From Nitrospinota bacterium (GTDB taxonomy: Bacteria; Nitrospinota_A; UBA7883): a DNA stretch of 44,396 bases. The stretch lies in NCBI GenBank assembly GCA_029879765.1, contig JAOUPQ010000001.1, forward strand, positions 1 to 44,396, written 5' to 3'. The notes under the pieces are model-generated. The model worked only from the letters and a program-made list of their open reading frames with translations, ran no database searches and was not told the DNA's origin. Of this stretch, positions 7,073 through 15,231 are shown one piece after another; position 1 is the first letter of the stretch; every line of letters starts with the position of its first letter. Position numbers and translations under genes: made by a program.

Positions 7073-8610
7073 ATATGGAAAAAAACAAGGACGTTAATGC
7101 TGGTGGGGTGAACTACACCCTGAAATTCTGGATCTGGCTCATCATGGCCCTAATGCTGGGAGCAGGATTCTCTTTTCGCCACCAGATTGTGGGCGCTTTT
7201 TCTGGCTCGGAGGAATCGAGGATGGAACAGGCTACCCTGATGGAAGGGAAAGACGCCAAACAAAGAGTAGTCAAATATTGGCGAGCGCCCATGAATCCCG
7301 CGGAGATATACGACAGGCCTGGCAAGTCCAAGATGGGCATGGACCTGGTGCCGGTATACGAGGACAACGAGGAAGGGGGGATCATCAAGATCAATCCCGC
7401 CGTGGTGCAGAACATCGGGGTGAAGACGGCCGTGGCGCAAAGGACTGATATCGCCAGCTCCTTTCGGACCATCGGTGTGGTCACATACGACGAGACCACA
7501 ATGTCCAAGATCCAGAGCAAGGTTCAAGGATGGGTGGAGAAGCTGTATGTGAACAGTACAGGAGAGGCTATAAGCAAGGACACCATCTTGCTGGAATTGT
7601 TCAGCCCGGATCTGGTGGCCACCCAGGAGGAGTTTCTGCTGGCCCTGGCCTATCGCGACACATTGCGCAAAGGGAGCCATAAGGGGCTTGCCAAAAGCGG
7701 CGATGAGCTTTTGGCCGCCGCCAGAAGGCGCCTGATGCTCTTCGACGTTCCCGCCCACCAGATCGCCGAGCTGGAAAAAAATAAGCAGGTAAAAAAGACC
7801 CTCCATATCCACTCTTCGGCTGAAGGGGTGGTGATAAAGAAAAATGTCATCGAGGGGATGCAGGTGATGCCGGGCCAGACCCTGTACGAGGTGGCGGATC
7901 TTTCCAATGTGTGGGTGAACGTGAATGTGTATGAAGCGGAGATACCTCTGGTGGCGGTGGGGCAGGAGGCCTTGTTGACCCTCACCGCCGCGCCGGGGAA
8001 GGTCTTCCGCGGAAAGATCACTTATGTGTATCCCTTCATAGACCAGAAAAGCAGGACCGTCACCGTGCGGCTGGAATTCAAAAATCCAGACCAGACCCTC
8101 AAGCCGGATATGTACGGCAATGTGGTTCTGCAGGCGGACAAGACAAAGCAGGCTGTCACCATTCCTGCCCAGGCGGTGATACGCACAGGGGAGCGGGCCA
8201 TAGTGTTCATCGACCTGGGGGGAGGAAGGTTCGCCCCCAGGGAAGTGAAGTATGGAACGGAGAACGACGGGAAGATGGAGATTCTCTCCGGCGTGGATGC
8301 CGGGGAAAGAGTTGTGACTTCCGCCCAGTTCCTGCTCGATTCCGAGTCGAAACTGCGGGAAGTGGTGAACAAAATGTCCTCGCCATCGGAGGAGCAACAG
8401 AAAACCGGCGCAGACGTCATGGACCATGCGGGCATGGACCATGCGGGCATGGAATCTGGGGAGATGGATTATTCGAAGCTTAAGGATCCAGTGGTTGATA
8501 ATTCAAAAATGGACCATACGAATATGGATCACGGCGCGATGGATCACGGCGCGATGGATCACGGCGCGATGGATCGCGGCACTATGGATCACTCGAAGAT
8601 GGGTCATTAA
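7069..8610 (+). CDS. cusB: efflux RND periplasmic adaptor (membrane fusion protein), CusB/CzcB family, with C-terminal MDHxx repeat tail
   Basis: N-terminal TM anchor. Lipoyl/beta-barrel MFP motifs are present (IQSKVQGWVEKLYV..., LYEVADLSNVWVNVNVYE, FRGKITYVYPFIDQKSRTVTVRLEF). Positioned between the OMF and RND pump genes. The last ~65 aa are Met/Asp/His pentapeptide repeats. Confidence 0.9.
   Translation: MNMEKNKDVNAGGVNYTLKFWIWLIMALMLGAGFSFRHQIVGAFSGSEESRMEQATLMEGKDAKQRVVKYWRAPMNPAEIYDRPGKSKMGMDLVPVYEDNEEGGIIKINPAVVQNIGVKTAVAQRTDIASSFRTIGVVTYDETTMSKIQSKVQGWVEKLYVNSTGEAISKDTILLELFSPDLVATQEEFLLALAYRDTLRKGSHKGLAKSGDELLAAARRRLMLFDVPAHQIAELEKNKQVKKTLHIHSSAEGVVIKKNVIEGMQVMPGQTLYEVADLSNVWVNVNVYEAEIPLVAVGQEALLTLTAAPGKVFRGKITYVYPFIDQKSRTVTVRLEFKNPDQTLKPDMYGNVVLQADKTKQAVTIPAQAVIRTGERAIVFIDLGGGRFAPREVKYGTENDGKMEILSGVDAGERVVTSAQFLLDSESKLREVVNKMSSPSEEQQKTGADVMDHAGMDHAGMESGEMDYSKLKDPVVDNSKMDHTNMDHGAMDHGAMDHGAMDRGTMDHSKMGH
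8419..8607 (+). repeat. in-frame tandem 15-bp repeats encoding (M-D-H-x-x)n at the 3' end of cusB
   Basis: ATGGACCATGCGGGC occurs twice perfectly (8419-8448). ATGGATCACGGCGCG occurs three times perfectly (8524-8568). Degenerate copies flank these. Peptide: MDHAG MDHAG MESGE MDYSK ... MDHTN MDHGA MDHGA MDHGA MDRGT MDHSK MGH. Confidence 0.95.
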
Positions 8611-8628
8611 AGGGCCGGGAGGAGAGAA

Positions 8629-11600
8629 ATGTTAAGTTGGATTATTGAAGCTTCGGCGAGGAACAGGTTTATCGTGATCCTGGGCGCTGCCTTCATCGCC
8701 CTGGGTGGATACTATGCCACGATGAACATTTCGCTGGACGCGATCCCGGACCTCAGCGACGTCCAGGTTATCGTATATACCGAATACAAGGGGCAGACCC
8801 CCAAGGTGGTGGAGGAGCAGGTGACCTATCCCATCACCACGGCCATGCTCTCGGTGCCATACGCCAAGACGGTGCGGGGATATTCTTTTTTTGGAATCTC
8901 CTTTGTCTATGTGATTTTCGAGGATGGCGCCGACCTTTATTGGGCTCGCAGCCGGGTGCTGGAGTATCTGAATTTCGCCTCCAAAAGGCTCCCTCCGGGA
9001 GTCACCCCAAACCTGGGGCCGGACGCCACCGGAGTCGGCTGGATATACCAGTACGCGCTGGTGGACAGGACAAACCGGCGAGACCTCTCGGAGTTGCGTT
9101 CCATCCAGGACTGGTACATGCGATATGAATTGCAGAGGGTCTCCGGCGTCTCGGAAGTGGCCAGCGTGGGAGGCTTCGTCAAGCAATACCAGGTGGAGGT
9201 GGATCCGAACAAGCTGGTCGCATTTGAAATCACCATGCCGCAGATAATATCGGCCATCCAGCGAGGGAACAGCGATGTGGACGGCAGACTCATCGAAATG
9301 GCCGAGACGGAGTATATGGTGCGGGGGTTTGGCTATGTGAAGAATGTGGAGGATCTGAAGAATATCGCATTGAAGGTGGATGCCAACGGCGCCCCGGTGC
9401 TGCTCAAGGATCTGGCCAACATTTCCATCGGTCCGGAATTGCGAAGAGGGCTGGTGGAGCTGGACGGCGAGGGAGAGGTGGCCGGAGGTGTGGTGATCAT
9501 GCGCTTTGGCGGCAACGCTTTGGCCACCATAGAGCGGGTCAAGGCGAAGATCGAAGATCTGAAGAAGGGTTTGCCGGAAGGGGTGGAGATCGTCACCACA
9601 TACGACCGTTCCGGGTTGATCCATCGCGCGGTGGCTTTCCTCACCGAGAAGCTTTTTGAAGAGAGCGTGATAGTGGCGCTTGTGTGCATGGTGTTCCTCC
9701 TCCACTTTCGCTCCGCTCTTGTGGCGATTCTCACCCTGCCCTTGGGAATCATGATTTCCATGCTGGTAATGTATTCCCTGGGAGTCTCCGCCAATATCAT
9801 GTCGCTGGGAGGGATAGCCATAGCCATCGGGGCGATGGTGGACGCCTCCGTGGTGATGATAGAAAACGCCCACAAGCGTCTGGAGCGCGACGGCGGAAAG
9901 CTGCCCCATACACAGATCGTGCTGGAGGCGGCCAAGGAGGTGGGGCCGGCGCTGTTTTTCAGCCTGTTGATAATCACCCTTTCATTTCTGCCGGTGTTCG
10001 CTTTGGAAGCCCAGGAGGGGAGGCTGTTCAAGCCCCTGGCGTTCACCAAGACTTTCGCCATGGCCGGCGCGGCGTTTTTATCCATCACCATAACCCCGGT
10101 GCTGATGATCTACCTGGTTCGGGGCGCCATCGTCCCGGAACGGCAGAATCCTATTAACAGGTTCCTGATATGGGTGGTCCGGCCTGTGGCCCGGCTTTCC
10201 CTGCGGCACAAGGGGGTGACCCTTCTTCTTGTGGCGGCGCTGGCTGGAGCGTCCATGCTCTCCCTGAACAGGCTCGGCAGCGAGTTCATGCCGTTGCTGA
10301 ATGAGGGGGATATCCTGTATATGCCCACCACCTTGCCGGGGATATCGATCACCAAGGCAAAGGAGGTTTTGCAACAGACCAACAAGATCCTGCGACAGTT
10401 TCCAGAGGTGGAACGGGTGTTCGGCAAGATCGGCCGGGCGGAGACCGCCACCGACCCTGCCCCTCTTAGCATGATAGAAACGGTGGTGATGCTCAAACCC
10501 CGGGAACAGTGGCGGCCGGGGATGGACGAGAAAATCCTGACCGATCAGATGGACAAAGCCATCCAGTTCCCCGGGCTGACCAACGCCTGGACCATGCCGA
10601 TCAAAACCAGAATCGACATGCTCTCCACAGGGATCAAGACCCCTGTGGGGGTGAAGGTGGCCGGGCCGGACTTGCAGGAGCTGGACCGGGTGGCGGCCAG
10701 CATAGAGGGGGCGCTGCGGAAGGTGAAAGGAACCCGCAGCGTCATAGCGGAGCGCGCCTGGGGAGGGAACTATCTGGATTTTGATATCGATCGGGAAAAG
10801 ATCGCACGGTATGGATTGAGCATCGCCGATGTGCAGGATGTGATCAAAAGCGCCATCGGTGGGATGAATGTGAGCTACACCGTGGAGGGGTTGGAGCGAT
10901 ACCCGATCAACGTGCGGTATGGCCGGGAGCTGCGGGATGACCTGGGGAAACTGAAAAGAACCCTGGTTCTCACCAAAACTGGCCAGCAGGTGGCGATCAG
11001 CCAATTGGCCCAGATTCGCCTCTCCAAGGGCCCCATGGTGGTGAAGACAGAAAACAGCCGTCCCAACGTGTGGGTGTTCGTGGATATTGAAGGGGTGGAT
11101 GTGGGGACATATGTCAAGGAAGCCCGGGCGGTGGTGGACCGGGAGGTGGCCGTGCCTGTCGGGGTGACCATCGCATGGAGCGGGCAGTATGAGTATATGC
11201 AGCGGGTCAAGGCGCGGCTGGCGCTGGTGGCGCCTGTGACTCTGGGAATAATCTTCACTCTGCTGTTCCTCTATTTCAGGAAGGTCACAGAAAGCCTCCT
11301 GGTGATGCTCACGGCTCCCTTGTCGGCGGTGGGTGGCCTGATATATCTCGACATGATGGACTACGACCTGTCGGTGGCGGTGGGGGTGGGGTTTATCGCG
11401 CTGATGGGAGTGGCGGCGGAGATCGGGGTGTTGATCCTGGTGTATATCGGCCATGCCATCGAGAAACGGAAGAAGGAAGGGAAATGGCGGGACAGGGAAG
11501 ACGTGCGCGCCGCGGTTCTGGACGGGGTGTCCGAGCGAGTGCGGCCGATCATGATGACCGTATGCGCCATCCTGGGGGGGCTTGGGCCGATAATGTATGG

Positions 11601-11778
11601 CCATGGGGCCGGGGCGGAGGTGATGAGACGTATCGCCACGCCGATGGTGGGGGGGATGGTGAGCGTGACCATTTTATCCCTGCTGGCCCTCCCGGCGCTC
11701 TATTGTCTGGTCCATGAGCTCCGGATGAAATATGGAATTAAAGAGGAGTACTCCATGGATGGAGGAAAAAGTGTATAA
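8629..11778 (+). CDS. cusA: heavy-metal efflux RND transporter, CusA-type (Cu(I)/Ag(I))
   Basis: 1049 aa. The N-terminus AIPDLSDVQVIVYTEYKGQTPKVVEEQVTYPITTAMLSVP...VRGYSFFGISFVYVIFEDGADLYWARSRVLEYLN is very close to E. coli CusA as I remember it. The sequence contexts of the CusA three-methionine Cu site are all present (GDILYMPTT, APLSMIETV, RIDMLSTGIK). Confidence 0.96.
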   Translation: MLSWIIEASARNRFIVILGAAFIALGGYYATMNISLDAIPDLSDVQVIVYTEYKGQTPKVVEEQVTYPITTAMLSVPYAKTVRGYSFFGISFVYVIFEDGADLYWARSRVLEYLNFASKRLPPGVTPNLGPDATGVGWIYQYALVDRTNRRDLSELRSIQDWYMRYELQRVSGVSEVASVGGFVKQYQVEVDPNKLVAFEITMPQIISAIQRGNSDVDGRLIEMAETEYMVRGFGYVKNVEDLKNIALKVDANGAPVLLKDLANISIGPELRRGLVELDGEGEVAGGVVIMRFGGNALATIERVKAKIEDLKKGLPEGVEIVTTYDRSGLIHRAVAFLTEKLFEESVIVALVCMVFLLHFRSALVAILTLPLGIMISMLVMYSLGVSANIMSLGGIAIAIGAMVDASVVMIENAHKRLERDGGKLPHTQIVLEAAKEVGPALFFSLLIITLSFLPVFALEAQEGRLFKPLAFTKTFAMAGAAFLSITITPVLMIYLVRGAIVPERQNPINRFLIWVVRPVARLSLRHKGVTLLLVAALAGASMLSLNRLGSEFMPLLNEGDILYMPTTLPGISITKAKEVLQQTNKILRQFPEVERVFGKIGRAETATDPAPLSMIETVVMLKPREQWRPGMDEKILTDQMDKAIQFPGLTNAWTMPIKTRIDMLSTGIKTPVGVKVAGPDLQELDRVAASIEGALRKVKGTRSVIAERAWGGNYLDFDIDREKIARYGLSIADVQDVIKSAIGGMNVSYTVEGLERYPINVRYGRELRDDLGKLKRTLVLTKTGQQVAISQLAQIRLSKGPMVVKTENSRPNVWVFVDIEGVDVGTYVKEARAVVDREVAVPVGVTIAWSGQYEYMQRVKARLALVAPVTLGIIFTLLFLYFRKVTESLLVMLTAPLSAVGGLIYLDMMDYDLSVAVGVGFIALMGVAAEIGVLILVYIGHAIEKRKKEGKWRDREDVRAAVLDGVSERVRPIMMTVCAILGGLGPIMYGHGAGAEVMRRIATPMVGGMVSVTILSLLALPALYCLVHELRMKYGIKEEYSMDGGKSV

Positions 11779-11870
11779 ATAAGAATCCTTCCCGAAGGAT
11801 CGATCATCAACATCTTTGATATGTGAAAAATCCCCTTATGGGGATAACCCATGGCAATCAAGAGGGATAT

Positions 11871-12227
11871 ATGAAATTTGCTGTACAGGTGCTGGAGGCG
11901 CCATATAACAACCAGGCTTCCGACACGGCATACCACTTCATCAAGGCCGCCCTGGACAAGGGGCACACCATCGTTCGCGTGTTTTTTTATCACAACGGTG
12001 TTGTAAATGCGAACAACTCCGCCGAGCCACCCAATGACGACAGGAATATCTACAAGCGCTGGACAGAGCTGGGAAAGGAAAAGGGGATAGATATCGTGGC
12101 CTGCATCGCCGCCTCCAAGCGGCGGGGAATCAAAGAGGGGCAGATCGTCGAGGGAACCCGGATCTCCGGCCTGGGGCAACTGGCGGATATGACCATAGAG
12201 GCCGACAGGCTGATAACCTTTGGATGA
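11871..12227 (+). CDS. tusD: sulfurtransferase complex subunit TusD / DsrE family
   Basis: The tracked ORF starts at GTG 11823. ATG 11871 has AGAGGGA upstream and gives MKFAVQVLEAPY.... From that start the conserved active Cys in IDIVACIAAS is residue 78, as in TusD/DsrE. Confidence 0.88.
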   Translation: MKFAVQVLEAPYNNQASDTAYHFIKAALDKGHTIVRVFFYHNGVVNANNSAEPPNDDRNIYKRWTELGKEKGIDIVACIAASKRRGIKEGQIVEGTRISGLGQLADMTIEADRLITFG

Positions 12228-12234
12228 GGGGCAG

Positions 12235-12624
12235 ATGATGGACGAAGAGATGGAAGTCAACGAGAACGTAAAGAAGGTAATGTTCGTGATGCGCAAGGCG
12301 CCTCATGGGAGCATATACAGCTATGAGGGCTTGGAGACGGTGCTGATCACCGCCGCCTATGAGCAGGACATGACCATGGTGTTCGTCGGTGATGGCGTGT
12401 TCGCCCTGGTGAAGGGGCAGGACACCACCGATATTGGGATAAAGGGGTTCATCAAGACCTACGGCGCCCTGGAGCATTATGACGTGGAGAAGATTTATGT
12501 GGACCGCGTGTCGATGGAGGAGAGGGGGCTGACTCCCGATGATTTCGCCATCGACGTGGAAGTGAAGGAGGCGGAGGAAATCGCCGCCCTGATGGAAGAA
12601 CAACACGCCACCATCCCTTATTGA
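12235..12624 (+). CDS. tusC: sulfurtransferase complex subunit TusC / DsrF family
   Basis: KKVMFVMRKAPHGSIYSYEGLETVLITAAYEQDMTMVFVGDGVFAL is typical of TusC/DsrF. Start is uncertain (TTG 12220, ATG 12235/12238/12250). Overlaps or abuts the tusD stop at 12225-12227. Confidence 0.82.
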   Translation: MMDEEMEVNENVKKVMFVMRKAPHGSIYSYEGLETVLITAAYEQDMTMVFVGDGVFALVKGQDTTDIGIKGFIKTYGALEHYDVEKIYVDRVSMEERGLTPDDFAIDVEVKEAEEIAALMEEQHATIPY

Positions 12625-12657
12625 TTTCGGGATATAAACGATACAAGGAGCCTGAAA

Positions 12658-12951
12658 ATGTTGCATATGGTCAATAAATCCCCATTCTCCAACAGCGCCC
12701 TGGAGGAGGCGGCCAGGATCGCCTCGAAAGGATCGCCAATTTTGCTCATAGAGGACGGAGTCTACGCCGCCAGGGCGGGGACCTCGTTCGCGCCAAAGCT
12801 TGCGGATATTCTTAAAGATCACCCTGTTTATGTCCTGACGCCGGACCTGAAAGCCCGAGCCGTGGATAAATTGGTGGAAGGAGTGGAGCAGGTGGATTAT
12901 TCCGGATTTGTGGATCTGGTGGAGAAGGACAAGGTTCATTCCTGGGTGTAG
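12658..12951 (+). CDS. tusB: sulfurtransferase complex subunit TusB / DsrH family
   Basis: MLHMVNKSPF...SPILLIEDGVYAA...YVLTPDLKARAV...VDYSGFVDLV matches the TusB/DsrH pattern. Third gene of the D-C-B order. The protein contains no Cys. Confidence 0.8.
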   Translation: MLHMVNKSPFSNSALEEAARIASKGSPILLIEDGVYAARAGTSFAPKLADILKDHPVYVLTPDLKARAVDKLVEGVEQVDYSGFVDLVEKDKVHSWV

Positions 12952-13298
12952 ATTGCCCAAAAAACTCAGTTAATGCGATGGTGCTGTCCGCCGCATCTCC
13001 CATGGGGCTATCGTTTGCCGATCTCATGGCTATATCCGGAATAACGCAGGAAACAGCCAGAGACAATTTGCTCGCGATTCTATAAACCCCCAGCCTGTTC
13101 TTTTCTATGAGTATGTTCAATCAAGCCGATGCCTCCGACGAAGAATCATGGAGAGTCGGCTTTTGAAGGGGGATTAGACAGAATCGAGAGCTTATAGAGC
13201 GTATAAACAAGGGGTATCAGCAAATATTGAATACTTCGGATTCAGTAGGGTGTTTGTGGATAGTGTTATAAAAGTTTGCAATATCCCATAGCTTTGGA

Positions 13299-13325
13299 AT
13301 TTGAATAGAAGCCTGTTATTCAAAT
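13299..13325. promoter_or_regulatory. 9-bp perfect inverted repeat (candidate operator) abutting the -35 element
   Basis: ATTTGAATA (13299-13307), a 9-nt spacer, then TATTCAAAT (13317-13325). The heptamer TTGAATA also occurs at 13227-13233, and TTGAATG forms the -35. Confidence 0.45.
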
Positions 13326-13331
13326 ACTTGA

Positions 13332-13359
13332 TTGAATGTTTCCCCGAAAGTGCTATAAT
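13332..13359 (+). promoter_or_regulatory. sigma70-type promoter with extended -10 for the polysaccharide-export locus
   Basis: -35 TTGAAT (13332-13337), a 16-nt spacer ending in TGC, then -10 TATAAT (13354-13359). This gives the extended form TGcTATAAT. It lies about 55 nt upstream of ATG 13416, which has AAGGGAG at 13403-13409. Confidence 0.55.
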
Positions 13360-13415
13360 GATCCAATTAAGTCAATTACGTTTAGAAATATAACGTTTTT
13401 GCAAGGGAGCATTTT

Positions 13416-15128
13416 ATGAGCGCCTGCAGTCGATTCTTACATCTCCTGTTTATTCCATCAGTCTTTTTTTTCGGATTATTCTCCACTCCAGCGGAAGCGA
13501 ACATGGTGGCTGAAGCCACATTTGTGGAAGGGAGAACTCTGGTTTTTCCATTGGATTCCATAGAAGATTTGGTTATCCAAAAGGGCCACAGGTTCGCGGA
13601 GGGGGATAGGGTTGTGACTATGGAAGGCGCCAAGGTGAAAATCAGGTTCGAGGATGGGAGCACCACCATACTGGAGCCCAAGACACAGATGTTCATCCGG
13701 GGCATGCGAAAAACGGAGAACGGTTCCACAATATTTTCATTCCGGCTTATAGAGGGCAAGATGCGATCGCTGGTGGCCAAACTGAGCGGGAAGGATTCCC
13801 GTTTTGAATACGTGACGAATACTTCGATTTGCGGTGTGGCCGGGGCCGATGTGGGCGCGGAGGTGGCAGACGGAAAGACCAGGTTTTATATGGGATCGAA
13901 AGGGGTGGGGCTGGTTTATCCCAACAAGGAGGGGATTGACCTGCTCAAGGAGGCGGATCTTCTCACTCCGAATGAATCGGTGAACCTGGCCGGGGGCAAT
14001 CTGTTTTTCCCTGTTTTTGCCCAGAGGGGTGAGGAAGGAGTGGGATATTGGCTGGATCGGCCTGGCATGGAAGATTACCGAGCCTTGAAAAACTCCACTT
14101 TCTGGGGCCAAACCGGGTTTCTGGACAGAGACGAAACTGGAAAGACCATCGGGGAAAATGGCGTGGGGGCCACTGGCTCCGCATGGGAAAGCTCGCTCAA
14201 GGCGCGGCGAAACGCCACTTGGGTAAAAAACAGCGATAGCAGGATGTTGTTGGCCACCAATTTTGCAGGGGATATTACACTCAGCCCTGTGGTCGCAGCA
14301 GGCTCGATAAATCAATTTTCCCAACAACTCCGTCTGCTTTCCACAGATGCGTCGGGGGGTGATATCCCAAACGCCTCAATCCTTGCGGCCTCGATCGCCG
14401 GCCGGGATATGGATACCGCCGCCATGAAGGAACTGGCGTCCACCCATAGCTCCGACGCTCCTCTCATCGTCGCTGTGGTTATGAATAGCGCTGCCAGCCA
14501 AAACGCCGGGGCCATCGCCGGGGCCATCACATCAGGCGCCCCTGGGGCCGCGGCGAAAGTAGCCTCGGTTCTTGCCACAATGGCGCCGGATCAAGGAGTC
14601 GCCATCGCGCTTCAGGCGGCCACCAACTCCCCAGACCAGGTTGCCCAGATCGTCGCCAATATCGCAGCGATAAATTCCAGTCTTGTCGTGGATCTGGTCG
14701 CGCAGATTGGCGCCGTATATCCTGAAAGATTGATGGATATTGCAGGCTCGGTGGCCGCGCTTAATCCAGATCTGGCGGCTCAGATACTCAACGCTGTGCA
14801 GCAGATCGATCCTGCAGTCACGGCCACGGATTTGGTAAACGCCGCCACGGCAGCGGCGAACATCGCCAGCATTGCGAAGAATGAAAAGGCTTCCGCTGGA
14901 AATGTTGTGATTCAGGGGCAAGCCGCCGCCCAAAACGCAGCCAACAATTACAAGCCGACCACTAACTCGGTGAACCAGAATGCGGAAAACAAAGCTGCTA
15001 AATCTGCTGAAAATGGCAACGGCAATGGCAATGGCAAAGGAAATGGTAAAGGAAATGGAAATGGCAATACTCCATCGGGCGACGCGCCCCCCACGGAGAA
15101 TCCTGGACAGTCAATTTCAAAGGGATAG
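13416..15128 (+). CDS. secreted protein with FecR-like N-terminal domain, Ala-rich helical repeats and C-terminal (G-N/K)n tail
   Basis: Signal peptide MSACSRFLHLLFIPSVFFFGLFSTPAEA. FecR-like segment: GDRVVTMEGAKVKIRFEDGSTTILEPKTQMFI. The C-terminal half has repeated A-x-x-P-D-x-x-A-x-I-x motifs. It ends in NGNGNGNGKGNGKGNGNGN. Confidence 0.55.
   Translation: MSACSRFLHLLFIPSVFFFGLFSTPAEANMVAEATFVEGRTLVFPLDSIEDLVIQKGHRFAEGDRVVTMEGAKVKIRFEDGSTTILEPKTQMFIRGMRKTENGSTIFSFRLIEGKMRSLVAKLSGKDSRFEYVTNTSICGVAGADVGAEVADGKTRFYMGSKGVGLVYPNKEGIDLLKEADLLTPNESVNLAGGNLFFPVFAQRGEEGVGYWLDRPGMEDYRALKNSTFWGQTGFLDRDETGKTIGENGVGATGSAWESSLKARRNATWVKNSDSRMLLATNFAGDITLSPVVAAGSINQFSQQLRLLSTDASGGDIPNASILAASIAGRDMDTAAMKELASTHSSDAPLIVAVVMNSAASQNAGAIAGAITSGAPGAAAKVASVLATMAPDQGVAIALQAATNSPDQVAQIVANIAAINSSLVVDLVAQIGAVYPERLMDIAGSVAALNPDLAAQILNAVQQIDPAVTATDLVNAATAAANIASIAKNEKASAGNVVIQGQAAAQNAANNYKPTTNSVNQNAENKAAKSAENGNGNGNGKGNGKGNGNGNTPSGDAPPTENPGQSISKG
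15012..15068 (+). repeat. in-frame hexanucleotide (AAYGGN/AAAGGA) microsatellite encoding Asn/Lys-Gly repeats
   Basis: AATGGC AACGGC AATGGC AATGGC AAAGGA AATGGT AAAGGA AATGGA AATGGC AAT. Confidence 0.9.
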
Positions 15129-15231
15129 TCATAGGCAATGTGTGAATATAAATCGCAGGAAATAGCAGCGCTGGATGATGTTTCGCATAATGTGTGGAAA
15201 ACAAGGACAAAAGAATATCTGTTGAGGAAAC

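Noticed and set aside
8419-8607. Possible CRISPR-like or minisatellite array (regular short direct repeats); likewise 15012-15068
   Set aside because: The repeats are contiguous, have no spacers, are in frame, and lie inside well-supported ORFs. There are no cas genes. They are coding tandem repeats, not CRISPR.
7150-11604. Long minus-strand ORFs (7150-8442, 8632-9909, 10078-11604) opposite cusB/cusA
   Set aside because: They are entirely antisense to unmistakable CusB/CusA sequence. They are His/Arg/Gly/Pro/Gln-rich and featureless. The same applies to the in-frame-shifted + strand ORFs listed inside cusA.
11871-12951. Reading dsrEFH as evidence for a Dsr sulfur-oxidation pathway
   Set aside because: No dsrAB, dsrC or dsrMKJOP is in the window and the DsrH-like protein has no Cys. 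The TusBCD tRNA-thiolation reading is simpler, so it is reported only as an open question.
12130-12960. 276-aa minus-strand ORF spanning tusD-tusC-tusB
   Set aside because: It crosses three well-supported genes and their junctions. Its composition is His/Gly/Leu/Arg-biased, with no recognisable domain.
12952-13415. AT-rich gap as a mobile-element or integration scar; also the 102-aa minus ORF 12812-13120
   Set aside because: No integrase or transposase, no tRNA gene, and no terminal inverted or direct repeats beyond the short operator-like dyad. The minus ORF overlaps tusB and is Pro-rich and featureless.
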